Source: Amoebophrya sp. A120
Taxonomy: Eukaryota > Protista > Dinoflagellata
Direction of reading: 5' to 3'
Assembly (NCBI GenBank): GCA_905178155.1
Contig: CAJINV010000001.1
Coordinates: 9,445,865-9,509,864, forward strand
Length of the DNA stretch: 64,000 nucleotides
The notes under the pieces are model-generated. The model had not been told where the DNA came from. It made no database searches and saw nothing but the letters and a program-made list of their open reading frames with translations. Position numbers and translations under genes: made by a program. This document shows, in pieces, positions 37,121-49,990 of this stretch (positions are counted from its first letter, which is position 1; each line of letters begins with the position of its first letter).

Positions 37121-40100
37121 TCAATGGATAATAAAGACGCGTAGAAGATATTCAGCCACTTCAATTTTGCATGTCAAGTCGAAGTCGGCGATATTCTCAT
37201 ACCCTTGGTGCCGCAAGCGATCGTCGCATCTGTCAGCATCTCGCTGCGGGATCTTGCTGTAGATCTTTTGTAGATCTTTCAGGTTGAGCTTCTTCAGCTT
37301 GTGTTTTGCTGTTTTATCATTATTACTCCACTCGGTAGACTCGCGCATCGCTGCCGTCATGAATTTTGCTAACTGCTGCTTGTCGCATAGATCACTTCGG
37401 TGCTGCGGATATTCACGACGGGGGTCGGCATTCTTACCCTTACTTCCGCTCACTTCCGACTGGTTTGACATTGGTACTTTGCTATGCTTGTCTCCAATAT
37501 CGACGACCAGTCCGGTGCCGTTTGCTTTTTGATCAGTCTTTTTTGTTTTGCCCGCTGCAGGAGGCAGGAAAACAGATTTCGATAGCGATAGCTCGTCGAC
37601 GCCTGCTTCCGCAGCTAAGGCCGCGCTTCGCTTGTTTGACGGCCCCCCGGTTGGTGCCGTCTTTGCGATTTGAGCGACCCGAAAGGGCGCGAACGCTTTT
37701 TGCATGTGATCCCCGATCAAGAAGGCATTCGTGAGTAGGTTCGCGATATCCCAGACGTTGCGCAGCAGCTTGGCGAGCGCTGGCGACATGTACCCTGCAG
37801 GTGGCACGTGGGCACCGTCGTAGTTTTTTGCTGCTTCAGCCATGCATTTCTTGACGCCTGACGCGTTGGCGCCGAGCACCCGCTCGGCGAAGAGGCCGCG
37901 CAGCCGGTTCTTTGCGTAGACTGGCGCTTCTCCGGTGACGACCTGATCGTAAATGGTGCAAATGTCGCTATCCCGCTTGGGCTTCAATTGCCGCAATGCT
38001 TTCTGGCCGTAGTCAAGGACCGCCGCGGGACCGGTTTGCAAATTGAGCAAGGTGAGCTTTTCCAACAGAGTCGCGACACTTGTCCGTGCGGACAGCGAAC
38101 ACGACGTCTCGTTCAACTCTGGGAGGTCTACGCGGCCATCGAGCAAGTAGAGGACCATCTTCAGAGGTGAACAGGTCTGCATTCCGATTCCGTACTCGTT
38201 GTTCGCCTGGAAATTTGGTTTGGAAAAATGGTTGCAAAGTAAAAAAATAAAAGAAAATCGCGTCGCGACTCATTTCCTTTTCGTTGCTGTGCATGTGCTT
38301 AAGTTTATGCGCCAAATGATACGATAACGATCAGGCTCACACGGTAGACACACGCAGTATTCGTACTCTGTGCCAAAAGGAACATCAGACGTACGTTGCA
38401 GAATACATCGCCACTTGATAATCACATTGAAAGTCAATGAGCAAGTACCTGCAGCAGCGCCCCGAAGATGGCGGATATGGCGTCTTCCCGCGAGTACCTG
38501 ACGCTGACGTAGTCGAACACGAGCTGAAGAGCGATTTTCCCATTACGTTGTGGTGAGCCTGCGCCGCAGTTCCCTTTAGCCTTTTTGTCGATGTTCCACA
38601 CACGATCGAGCTGTTTCCGAATCCCGCTGGTAATTTGCGCAGCGGTCAGTTTCTGAAACTGGGTGTCAGACTGTCGCAACCCGGGAATGCGTGCCGTCAT
38701 TTGCGCCGTTGAGGACAGCTCCTCCAGCAAAACAGCGTGGGCATCTTGCTCTCTGGCTCTTTCGTCTAGTACACCAAGCAGGCCCGAAGGAGCAGATGAC
38801 GATTTTGAGGAAATAATACCTTTGCTACCTGGCTTGGCATTTGCAGCTGTTCGACTACTAGTAGATGAGGATGTAGGTTGTACGGCAGTGGTGCTTTTGC
38901 TTTTATTACCAACCTCGACTTTGCGATTTTTGGTTGGTGGACCCTCGTAACTGACATCATGAAGCTGCGCTGGAGCAAGCTCCTTTCCGGTATTCGTCTT
39001 CATTTTGATGTTTTTCATCGCAGTCGTAATACCAACTGCACTACTCTTGCTCGTTGCCTTCGCTCCGCCTGGCGGCAGTAGCAGAGGGACAACTTCAATA
39101 TCTTCCTTATCCTTGTCGCTTCGGAGTAGGAAGGCCTGCGCTTCCTGCACCAGCAGGCCGACGCGGTCCTTAACTTGCGTGGTGGCCACGCTCTCGTCGT
39201 TGGTTGCCAGAGTTTTCAGGGAGTCGTCTCCAAACCGACGGGCCACGTTCACGCCCATTTTCAGGCAGCGGATCAAATGTGCCGGCGAGTGCTGCAGCAG
39301 CTCGCCCAGCGAAAAATCGTCCTGGACACCTTCCTCGTTGATGTCCAACCGGTAAAGGTCCACGATCTTCTCCAGGTTGTCCAGCACACTGCACGTCACC
39401 GCCGGCGGAGCAAGGTCGCAAATTTCGCAGAAGAAGTCGGAGACCGGGTCGGCGAAGAGCCAGCTGATCTGGGTCTGTTTAGGAGGCGTCAAATCGAGCA
39501 AGCCGCCGTCCAGGGTGACTTTGTACTTTGGCATGTCTATGCCGTGCTCGCTCTTGAGGAATTCCAGGGCTCGGAGCAGACCCTTCTGAAATCTCTCGCG
39601 CTCCCTTTCCTTGACGTGCGGCACCGGGATGGAGAAGAGGAGAGGGCAGAGAAATACCTGCCGCACAGCGGCGCAAGGCAACCGACGCGATTTCGCTTGC
39701 TGCGCGAGGTGGGGTAGGGGGGCCAAGAGGCAGTTGTTTGGTGTATCCTCTGCCCGGAGGTCAGCGCCAAGTTCGAGGAAGCGTGGCAACGCTGCGTCGT
39801 TTCCGGCCGCAAGGCACTGCGCCCATGCGGGGATGCCATCGTCAATACCAGGAAAATTTTCCTTGAGTGCGACTTGCAGTTCCGTCAGCTGATTTTCGAC
39901 GACAAATCGCCACAGGCTGCAAACTTTTCCCGCATCGTTGCACATCACGGCCATGTATGCCCGGACATTCACGCAGGTCCTCCACTTCACAGAGTCAAAA
40001 CCTATTTGCCAAGAAGGAATCCCCTTGTCTTTCACCACCTTTTGCAAAGCTGCGACGACTTCTTTCGTGTGCTGGGTTCTTTGGGTTTTGGTCGGTTTGG

Positions 40101-40593
40101 TTTTACTAGAGTATGCGGAGCGTGCGCGGTCGAGGCTGTCGTAGAGGGTCTGAAGTTCGTCCGCGGCACCGTGCCACAGATCAAACAGATATTCACCTTC
40201 ATCATCGTCCTGGTTGAGTACGACGGTGTGGACATCTTGGGGCGTTCGGTGCAGCGTCTCCATCAACCTCGCCTGTTCGCTCGGCAGATCTTCCTCCGAT
40301 TCAGAAGCGACATCGGAGGACAAGTCGTAGATTCCCTCGTCGGCGGCTAGTTGCTCGAGCTGGGAATTAATCTCTTCGAGCTCCTTGGTGCCGTTGTTTA
40401 TCTTGTCCGACATCTTCGCGAGTTCCTCCCGTGGTAGAATCGCCGTTCCTTTCGCGTGCGCGTTCAGTGCCTCCCGCACGGAGGCGAATTCCGTTTGCAA
40501 TTCCTGCGAGCGCTGCTGCAATGCAATAAGCGCCTGTGTCCTCTCTCGCATCTGGGCCAGCCTGTCCCTCTCGCGGTCCACATGAGTTTCCAT
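37121..40593 (-). CDS. Hypothetical protein, paralog A (N-terminal coiled coil); exons 40593..38449 and 38206..37121
   Basis: GT-AG intron 38207..38448 joins FGALLQ|ANNEYGIGMQTCSPL. Many blocks shared with the 44300..47889 gene (PAWAQCLAAG, AKNRLRGLFAE, QHRSDxCDK, NDKTAKHKLKKL). Confidence 0.85.
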
Positions 40594-41623
40594 GTTTTAT
40601 TCGTGGATTTTTTCAATTTCTATATTCTGCGATATCGAAAAGAAAATACGGACTTTCATCTTCTATTCATCTCCGACGATGCACATGATTCGCATCTCGA
40701 ACACAAGATTCGAACGCGAATCATCTATTTGTATTCTCGAATCACTTCACTCACCACGCGTCCTGTCCCCATGTGCGCACTGAGTACCATTAGACGACTG
40801 TTAGCAGGAGAAAGACGAAATATGAGTAGCAATCGACACAAAAAAATCATCAGCGACTGTGCGCGAAAAAGGCGCAAATTGTAATGGCTGCTAGGATGTC
40901 GATCACACTCACTCGGCTGCTCCACGGGTCAGGCACTCTGTTACGACAGACTGCGTCAGATTCAAGAAGTTGCGTGCTAGAACAACCAACATATTAAAGC
41001 TGCAGCCTAGTTGCTTCATAAAGGAAGAAACAAATGGTCTCATTTTTATGGATCGATGTGCCTAAATTTTTATTTTCATGGGAATTCAGATGATTGGTCG
41101 CATTTGATACAAAAAAGCATTTATGTCTAGTATGCTTCAACATGTTCGTGAGTTATGTGGGGCTGCTGCTTGACTTCAAGCGCGCAATGCGATTTGAGAT
41201 TTGAGAGGTTCTTTCACATGGAAGAAAAGCTACATGCTGCATGGAATCATACAAGAAACGAAACTGCTCGAAACGGGGTGAATACAAACATTTTTATATC
41301 GGATTTATTGTGGAGGTTGTGCTGCACCTGCAACAGTGTAACGCGGTGTTCTTTCTGGATGTGGCAAAAAAAAGTAAAGGGGCAACGCGTCCGCGTCCGG
41401 AACGGGGACGCGATGGTATAATTGAAAACCAAAAAAAGACAGCAGGAAGCGAAAAATGGTAAAAAAAAAGCGCGGAATATTATTCCGTATACACTTACTT
41501 GCTCTTGCTTTCGTCCGTCGATTACTCAGCCAAATCTATCCATTTGCGATACTCGGTCAGAGTACTAGAAGTTGTAACTCTAACTGCCTGTCACGCTGCA
41601 CCACAGGACAAGCACAAAAATCC

Positions 41624-43381
41624 TCATGGACGACGAGCAGCTGTTGGAAACATACTGCGCTTCGTTTTCCTCGTCAGTTCCAGGTTCATAACCAGGAATT
41701 TCTCTGCCGACGGCAAAAACGACAACTGCATCCGCTGCCACTTGGTTTTCATTTTAGCAGGAGTTGGTGTGCCACTTCTTGCCAATTCGTCTTGCCGAGT
41801 TCTCAGTCTCAGCAGCAGCTCTTCGAACAGGACTTCCTGCATTTTCAGGGCTCGTTTCGTCGACCCGTACACGGCGTGGAAGTTGAAGACCGCGAAACCA
41901 ACGAGCGAAGCAAGTCCGAACAGCGCGAAGGGCAGGGAGTAGTGCGCGTTTTGGGCGCCTTGTACCAGGTGCGTGGCGAGGGAAAAGGCGTACTTCGGGA
42001 ACTCGTAGACGCGCGTGTAGGTGAACGCCGTCGTGTTCACGATGGAAAAGAACCACAGTGGCTTCAGGTCGCGCCGAAAATCCAGCGTGTACAGGTAGCC
42101 GAGCAGAAACAACGCGATGGCCGCCGCAAACTCGAGTGCGATGCACATCTTCTGCAGGTCCTCTCGGTACAACAGGTCTGACTCCACGCAGGCCAGCCCG
42201 AACAGCCCCGCTCCGAAGTGGTGTCCCGCGAGCGCCAGGCGGCCCCGGGTCAGCGGTGGGAAAAAGTTCTTGGGCGAGCTTCCATTCTTCATTTGCGCAG
42301 GTTCAGTTTTGTTTTTGACTTTGTGCTGGGTGACTAAGGAAGTCCTGCTCGCAGCGGAGGAGGGGTCTTGTTCTCGGTGATAACTACTCCTCGAGGGCGT
42401 CCTCGTGCCGCCGGTGGAGCTTGCTGTGCGGTCCATACCGTTTGGGTTAGAAATTTGAATTTCCGCTAAATTCGCTTCGCTCATTTCATCCCCTGGCTGC
42501 ATTTGCTGTGCCTGATCAGGTACTTGTTCCGCCACAGCGACATGATCCGCCATGACCTTGCGGCGTGAATTGTGCGGAAACAACTGCGCGAAACAGGCAA
42601 CGTAGTCTTGCAAGTTGAAGGCGGCTTCCCAGAGGATGCCATGCTTGATCCACTGCGCACAGTGGAAATTTTGACCCGCAGAAAGAACTCCTGCGTCAGC
42701 ACGGTGAAGATCCGGACAGAGGTAGTGTCCGTAAATGTGCAACAGTCCCGCGATCAGGTGGTGCGGCGCGAGGGTAAAACACATCACGATTTCCGCCTGG
42801 TGCGACTCGCACACGAAACCGGGCCGAGACCGCAGAATGTTCCACAAATTTGGGCGGCGTGTCTTGAAGAAACACAGCCAGAAACTGTTGGCCAAAATTG
42901 CGTAGATGGTGTAGACTGCCGTCAACACGAGAAGCTCCTCAAACGTCGTCAGTGTGTTCAAGAAGGAAAAGATGCTCGTTGCCACAAAAGTCACCGGATT
43001 GGAAGATGAAAAAGAAAACGCATTTTCATTCCCGTTCGCGTCCCTCTCCCAGAAGGACAGTATTCCTCCACCGTCGCTCATTTTGTCACCATTCGCTGCC
43101 TGTTTCTTCCACGCGACGAATCCCACTAGCAGCGTTGTTGCGCAAAACAGAACGCTCCGATAGGTGTCGGACATGATGAAGTAGCGAGAGGTTCTTTTTG
43201 CGGGGAAAGATTGCCGCGCGCCATGAACAAGGCCTTCACATGTTGGCGCATTTTGCTGACGTTGCTGATGACCGGGACAAGCATCAGCCTCTGTGGCAGA
43301 GAAAGTCTTTTTCTCGGTATTCGTCATCGCGCAGGCGCCGGGAATGCCTTCCTTCGGAATGTGCTTGACGACGGCCGTCAT
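41624..43381 (-). CDS. TLC-domain (TRAM/LAG1/CLN8) multi-pass membrane protein
   Basis: Multiple hydrophobic helices with TLC-type LAGHH...IALE...FTYTRV...FNF pattern. Start codon uncertain. Confidence 0.65.
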   Translation of the reverse strand: MTAVVKHIPKEGIPGACAMTNTEKKTFSATEADACPGHQQRQQNAPTCEGLVHGARQSFPAKRTSRYFIMSDTYRSVLFCATTLLVGFVAWKKQAANGDKMSDGGGILSFWERDANGNENAFSFSSSNPVTFVATSIFSFLNTLTTFEELLVLTAVYTIYAILANSFWLCFFKTRRPNLWNILRSRPGFVCESHQAEIVMCFTLAPHHLIAGLLHIYGHYLCPDLHRADAGVLSAGQNFHCAQWIKHGILWEAAFNLQDYVACFAQLFPHNSRRKVMADHVAVAEQVPDQAQQMQPGDEMSEANLAEIQISNPNGMDRTASSTGGTRTPSRSSYHREQDPSSAASRTSLVTQHKVKNKTEPAQMKNGSSPKNFFPPLTRGRLALAGHHFGAGLFGLACVESDLLYREDLQKMCIALEFAAAIALFLLGYLYTLDFRRDLKPLWFFSIVNTTAFTYTRVYEFPKYAFSLATHLVQGAQNAHYSLPFALFGLASLVGFAVFNFHAVYGSTKRALKMQEVLFEELLLRLRTRQDELARSGTPTPAKMKTKWQRMQLSFLPSAEKFLVMNLELTRKTKRSMFPTAARRP

Positions 43382-44299
43382 GATCGATGTGACATGGGCG
43401 GGTATGTGAAGTGCTCTACTTGTGTGGGTAGCTGCTCGGGGAAACTAGCCTTCGCCTTCACTAAATTCCTACTTTTTCGCTAGACTAGAGGTTAAGTTAT
43501 GGGGAAGATGATCATCGTTCATCTTTATGGTCTTGAAGATCATCATCTTGAGCGCCAGTTGTGAAACTTGTGCAAAAAAAGGAACCGCCTGCACCTCTAC
43601 GAGAGCGGCAACGGTTTGCGACGCAAGTTTTTCTACTAAAAAAAACTGTTTACTGAGTCTAATTCTGATTTTTTGCGGATTAAGTGAAAAAGAGGTATTT
43701 GGCATTTCCCCAACATGCAGCCAAAAAGTTGTCGGAATACAGCAGCTACATTCCCAAAACAAACGCTTGCCCATCCATTTTCATGGCTGATCTTTGACGT
43801 AGACTCGCAGCCGTCTTGTTTTCGTTGATATTTCAATTTTTTTGCTTGTCAACATGGGTACCGGCATTCATTGCGCGACCGGTAAAAGTATTCATCTTTG
43901 GCGATTCAGAGAATTCTCGTCCTCGGCTCCATTTATTTTGCTCTTCTCTGACGTGCCGGGTCTTCCTAGCTGTGTTAATTTCGGTGACAATTACGTATGA
44001 AAACTAATAGTCTGGCCTACCTGCGCCCGTCGTGTTTACTACCTGGACCCAGAGCAGAGAACGGAGTTTCTGTGGGTAGAAAACACTGGAATGGTAAGTC
44101 TAGGAAAATCTCGGTCCTAAGTCTAAGACTAGATAAAGATAGAATACAATCGCAAATAAACATGAACCGAATGTACAGAGTTTCAACCGTACTGAGATTG
44201 ACTCAGCGATACTTAATGAAGATAACGAGGGGTACATATTCAGGCAAATAGCTTAGAAGGTCAAGTATTATTTTCCGATTCAATTTCTTTTTCTAAATT

Positions 44300-47200
44300 C
44301 TACGGTTGAAGGACATAAATGCGCAGCAGGTATTCAATGAGGTCTGTTTTCGCATGTAAAGAAAAATCCACGACGTTTTCGTAACCCTGGTCCCGCAATC
44401 GGGTGTCGCAGCTGTCCGCGTCTCGTTGGGGAATGGCGCTGTAGATCTTTTGGAGGTCCTTGAGCGAGAGCTTTTTCAGTTTGTGTTTCGCAGTCTTGTC
44501 GTTGCCGCTCCAACCCACCGCTTCGAGCATCGTAGTCGTCATGAACGTAGCTAAACGCGGCTTGTCGCACCGGTCGCTGCGATGTTGACGATAAACAACC
44601 GGCTCAGGAGGATTCGCTGGCTGTTGTTCCGAAATGTGTGACGCGCTGCCAGAGTCTTTTCTCGGGGGCGCAGCAGGTGCAGGGCATTGTGGGTCGCTGT
44701 TGCTCAACATCTTGGCGCCCTTTATTCGCTTGGCGTGTGAGGTGGTGCTACTGCTATCTTTGTCAAGAGCTCTTTTTCGATCGCGAGCTGCGACCTTCGT
44801 CAGCGACTGACCCGCGTTCCGCTTGTGCGAGGGAGAGGACACGAGGGGCGCGTCATTCACTTCTTCGAGCAGAAAGGGCGAGAACGCGTTCTGCATATGA
44901 TCCCCGGAGAGGAATGCGTTCGTGAGTAGCTCTGCAATTTCCCAAACGTTGCGCAACAGGTTGCGCATGGCTTGGGACATGTGACCTACAAGAGGCAGAA
45001 CGAGCAGATTGTTGTTAGCTGCAGCGTGGGCGAGGCAGTCTTTCACCTCTTTTCCGTTGCCGCTCAGCACCTTCTCCGCGAACAGGCCACGGAGCCGATT
45101 CTTCGCGTACATCGGCGCCTCGCCACTCACCACCAGATCGAAAACCGTGCGCAGGTCTTCGTCACGCTTCGGCTTCAGCTGCCGCAAACACTTCTGCCCG
45201 TATTCGATCAGCGTGGCAGGCTTTTGGGCGTGCAACTGGCTCAGCTTTTTGAACAGTGCGCGCACGCTCGTGCGCCCGGGAAGCGCTTTGTCACCTAGAT
45301 CCACCCGGCCGTCGAGAACGTAAAGCACCATCCGCAGCGGAGAGCAAGTCTGGAGTCCCGCTCCATACTCGTTATTGGCCTGCGAAGAAGACATTATTTG
45401 CAGAATGTCACTCATGTCCATGTGCAGGGCGACTCTCTCGGTTTTCTGTAATTTCATGCTATCACAGCGGAGGTGACATACACATAGTTAGGTGGAAACG
45501 TTCCACCACGAAGAGAACAAAACCAGGCATCCATCACGTAACTGAAGTTGAATAAATCGATGTTGCCCACATCAAAAAGTCCATCATGTACCTGTAAAAG
45601 AGCACCGAAAACGGTGGATACGGCGTCGTCGCGGGAAAATTTGGCCGATACGTAGTCGAACACCAGCTGGAGACCGAGTTTTCCGTTTTGCAGCGGCGAA
45701 TCGCCCTGCTTCTCGGTGAACTTCCAAACGCGATCGAGTTGCCTGCGGATACCGTCGGTGATCTGCTTCACGGTTAACTTCTCAAATCGTTTGTCCGTTT
45801 TTCTGAGGCTTGCAATACGCTGCTTCATACTCTTTCCCGTGACCGACAGCTCGCGGAGCAGGAGTGTGCGCGAGTCTGTTTCTTGTTCTGCTATTGTTCC
45901 GTGAGTAAGCCGCCCTGCCGTTTCATCTTCGGCGGCAGGCAGGAGCAGGCGATTCGAACTTGAGGAGGAGGACGACGATGCAGTATGAGCGGGTCTTTTG
46001 TTGCTACCGCCACCACGCCCAGGCTGGAGTGACGCGTTATTTGTTGTGGCCGAAGCAGAAGAAGTAGGTCGAGGTCTCGCAGAGGATGATGAAGAGGAAC
46101 CGCTCCCAACTCGAATTGACTCGGCCGTGCCACCGTTGGAGGAGGAGGCCACGACCTTTAGCTTGGCGTTATTGCGTTCTACCGCCCGAAATTTTGTCGC
46201 GGGTCCAGTCGCGTCTTTTGAAACGACAGTGGTTTTGCTGCTGCCCGCTGGTCCTGCTTGTTTTGCGGCGTCGTTTAACATTTCCCCAAGGAATTTCATG
46301 CTGTGGCTCTTCATCGGGACGCTTTTCGCTGCAAGTTTTCGAGCAGGAGGAGCGTCGGTGGCTGCTAGCTTGTTAGCAGCTCGAGTTCGCTCCTGAAGAA
46401 AATTCTGCGCTTCCTTGATCAAGAGGCTGAGGCGTTCGCTCACCTGTCCGTGATGGATATTTTGGCTATCGTCGACGATGGCTTGCGTGGACTCGTTGCC
46501 GAAAGAGGCGGACGGTACGTTGACGCCTAGTTTGAAGAATTCGATGAGATGCACCGGAGAATCATGCAACAGTTCCCCTATCGTTTTGCCGTCCTTCGTC
46601 ACTCCTGCTTCGTTGATGTTCAGACGATACGCGTCGACGATTTTTCGCAGGTTGCGAATCAATTGAGATGGGTAGGGTTCTGGCAGAAACTCCAGGATGG
46701 TAGAAAACGCCCAGCCTGTCATGCCATCGAAAAGCCAGCTGAGCTGCGTCGGCTGCTTCGTTGACGTCGTGTCGGTGCCGGGTAGCTTGTACTTGGGGAT
46801 CTCGATGCGGTGTTGGTCCTGCAGAAACATCATGGCTTCCATGAAGCGCCTCTGCTTCTCCGCAACGGTTTTGGCGTCCTCTGCGGGCGATGGAAAGGAG
46901 AAGAGAAACTGGCTGGCGAACGCCTGTCGCAAGGCCATGCACGGTGGCTGAAGCTCAAACCTAGCCTCTTCCTTAGGTTTTTGCCAATCGAGCAGCGTGC
47001 GGCTTCCGCAGCGCAGGTTGGCACCAAGCTTCATCAAGCGCGCCACCATGTCCTTTTCACCGGCGGCCAGACACTGCGCCCACGCTGGGACGCCGGTGTC
47101 GATGTCCGGCATTTCGTCCTGCAGCGCTGCCATGACAGTGGTCAAATTTTTGTCGACGACAAAGCGCCAGACGCTGCAGATCCTGCCCACATCGCACTGT

Positions 47201-47889
47201 AGGAAAGAGTAGTGCTCGCGCAAGCTAATGCAGGTCTTCTCGTGAACGAAGTCAACACTGATCGACTCGGGAGAGATGTCGTGCGTGCTCGAAAGCTTCT
47301 TCAAAATGCTGAGGACGTCAGACGCTTGTTGCTGATTTGCCGGGGTACGATGCAGGCACTGGTAGAGGTCGCGAAGAAGGGGCGCAGCATCTGTCCACTT
47401 TTTCTTCTCTCGGCTGCCGTTGGGGACGTCCTGAAACACATCAAGCCAGCTGTCGTAGGTTCTTTCGAGTGCGTCCTTGAGAATGTCCTGCACCCTCTTG
47501 ATTTTCGCTCGAATTTCGGCGGCTCGCGCTTCATCGTAGGCTCGGGCTGCTTGCTGGAGTTCAGTTTGAAGAGCCGGAACGTCCACTTCCAGCAGCTTTT
47601 CGATAGCACGAGACTCCGTTTGAATGGACTTCGTTTCCTGCTTAAGACGCTTCGATTCTAACTTTGCTTCCTCCACCTCGGTTTCGGTCACCACTTCTCG
47701 GTTCTTTTGCTTGCGCAATAAATCATCTGCTCTCTTGGTTGCTGCCTCTACGTCGTCTTCAAGTTTCCGGAGGCGCAGATTTACAGCGTTTTGGCGACTA
47801 CGCATGCTGGCAAGCAAATCGCTGATGCGCTGTTCAATGTCCCGGTACCGCTGCCGGAGAACCTCGACCTGGTTCGACGACTCCGGCAT
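44300..47889 (-). CDS. Hypothetical protein, paralog B; exons 47889..45592 and 45379..44300
   Basis: GT-AG intron 45380..45591 at the same position as in paralog A (FGALLQ|ANNEYGAGLQTCSPL). An alternative in-frame acceptor exists at 45446. Confidence 0.85.
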
Positions 47890-48655
47890 ACTTTTTGAAC
47901 TACCTGGCTCGAGTCATCTTCATTTATTTCAAAAAACAGAACGAATGGGACTAAGTAGGCTGGGAGAGGAACAAGAACAATCAATTTATATATACTGTTG
48001 TTCACTCAAGATGAGACGCAAAAGGATATCGTTAGAGCTTTGCCATACAGTTACAGTCTTCCTTCACTCGTCTATACCCAGCTGACAAGAAAACCCGATG
48101 TTCTCGAGAAGATGGCTCCACTAGTAACAGAAAAAGTTTCGTGACCTATCAGGTGCGAGCGATGAAGCGGCGTAAAACTCGATTCGAGCGCGAGCGACTG
48201 CTTCTCTGGTCTCAGAACTAGCGGCATTTGTTGATCGTGAGGCGAAATACTCGCAAGACAAAAGATCGCTACCAAGCGAAGCCGAACTCTTTTTCGACGT
48301 AACTGTTACGATAGTATAAAGAAAGCTGCAAGTAGAGCAAGTGGCCCATGCACGCAGGCACAGGATGGCCATTGCCGAAGCAATTGGATTTCCCTCAGGG
48401 AGATCTCTGCGTTACATAGAATTTTCGTTTGCCAGTAGCAAATGTGGTAGCGTAGTAGGAGAGCCCAAACCAAGTCAGAATTTTCATCCTGCCGCATGAA
48501 GCAAGCCGCGACCAAGACCATCATTCAAGATAGAACGAGTCGACTTTGGTTGCGAGAGAGCGCGCCGCAAACCGCGATGATTCGATGAAAGTAGAGGTGA
48601 GTTCGCAACACGAGGGCAAGGCTTCATCTCTATGGCGATGACGGAATAGCCGACC

Positions 48656-49990
48656 TCAGTAAAGATCAAAAAGACCACGAGGGTTGGACGTGGGTTCTGG
48701 AATCTTGAAGGATGCGACCCACTTTTGCTGTTGGAGGTTGAATGCCAAGTCGTTTATCATCACCGTCCGACTAGCGCTTTTCTTTCCCGGCGCATGCAGC
48801 TCGATCAGCACTTTTTCGTCCCTCGCTGCCTTTGCAACCCCGTCGTGCTCTGTTTCCCGTCTCGCGTTGCCCATTTCGCTAGCGCTTTGCATGACGGAAC
48901 CAAACCTGTTAAGGTCTTTCATGTCAGCCAGCACGACGGAAAAGAGCGGCGCGACATTGTTGCCGAACAAGCCCCCGCGTTGTCGAAGTCCGGACTGAAA
49001 TTGTTCGGGCGTCAGTTGAAAGTAAGGGCGCGAATACCAGCCGATGTCTGCCAAATGCGACGGATCGACGAAAGATATTTGGCGCTCTACACCGTACTGG
49101 TGTAATCCCACAGCCATTGTCTTGCCCCTCTCCCCTCGGATGTCGCTCGTGTCGTATGGCCAGTTCTCTTCCAGGTTTGGCTTCTGCGGGCCGGGAAAGA
49201 AAAGCGTCCACGCTTCTCCATACTCTTTTGTTGCCCAACCCGTTATCAATACTGCGACGGGCACTGATGAGGAGTCATTCCAACGATGTGTCCGCATGGC
49301 ACCAGGAAAAGATTGGCGAATCTGTGTGAGGAGGCTGCCTGACGGGCGGAAGCTCTTACTCACGACCGGGCCGCTTTTCATAATCTGCAGCTTGATCTCC
49401 TCAGCGCTCGGGTCGGTGAGCGTTTTGATTTTTGTGGTATCGATTGGCCGTTCTTGGGAGTAGAGGCTAGCGGGGGAAAGCGAATCCTTCACACTCAGAC
49501 CGCGTCCGTGCTCGACTTGGGCCTGCAGGTTTGCGCAGTTTATGTTGCAGACTGTAGCCACGTTGAAATCATCGGCACTGAGTGAGTCCTTGTTCAAAAA
49601 CGGCCACTTCTGAAAAACATCGAAATTCCCCGGCAGCTGTAGGTGTGGCGGGGGGGCGCGTCCTTCACCTTTTCGACCTTTTTTTCTCGATGGCTGTTCC
49701 CCCGCACGAACGGCATCACGGTACCACTCTTGTAGTCGCTGAAAAAGCTCTGTCGCTTTTTGGTCGTTGTTATGTTTGTCCGGATGGACACGCAGCTTCA
49801 AAGATTTAAAAGCCCGTTCGCGAAGGTTGTCATCACTGCACTGCTGCCGTTTGAAGCTTGGGTTCGCTAGCTTCAGCAGCATGGCAAGAGTTTCAAAACT
49901 GGGGCTATCGGCGAGATTCTCCTCGACGGATTGCAGGAACAATTGGCGGAAGGGGTCCTCGCTCGGACCAGAAGCTGCACTCGACGGCAT
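48656..49990 (-). CDS. J-domain (HPD) protein fused to a catalytically degenerate cathepsin-B/papain-like region
   Basis: AFKSLKLRVHPDKHNNDQKATELFQRLQEWY (J-domain helices II-III); LPGNFDVFQKWP, EEIKLQIMKSGPV, VAVLITGWA...AW, GLHQYGVE echo C1A motifs. Confidence 0.65.
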   Translation of the reverse strand: MPSSAASGPSEDPFRQLFLQSVEENLADSPSFETLAMLLKLANPSFKRQQCSDDNLRERAFKSLKLRVHPDKHNNDQKATELFQRLQEWYRDAVRAGEQPSRKKGRKGEGRAPPPHLQLPGNFDVFQKWPFLNKDSLSADDFNVATVCNINCANLQAQVEHGRGLSVKDSLSPASLYSQERPIDTTKIKTLTDPSAEEIKLQIMKSGPVVSKSFRPSGSLLTQIRQSFPGAMRTHRWNDSSSVPVAVLITGWATKEYGEAWTLFFPGPQKPNLEENWPYDTSDIRGERGKTMAVGLHQYGVERQISFVDPSHLADIGWYSRPYFQLTPEQFQSGLRQRGGLFGNNVAPLFSVVLADMKDLNRFGSVMQSASEMGNARRETEHDGVAKAARDEKVLIELHAPGKKSASRTVMINDLAFNLQQQKWVASFKIPEPTSNPRGLFDLY

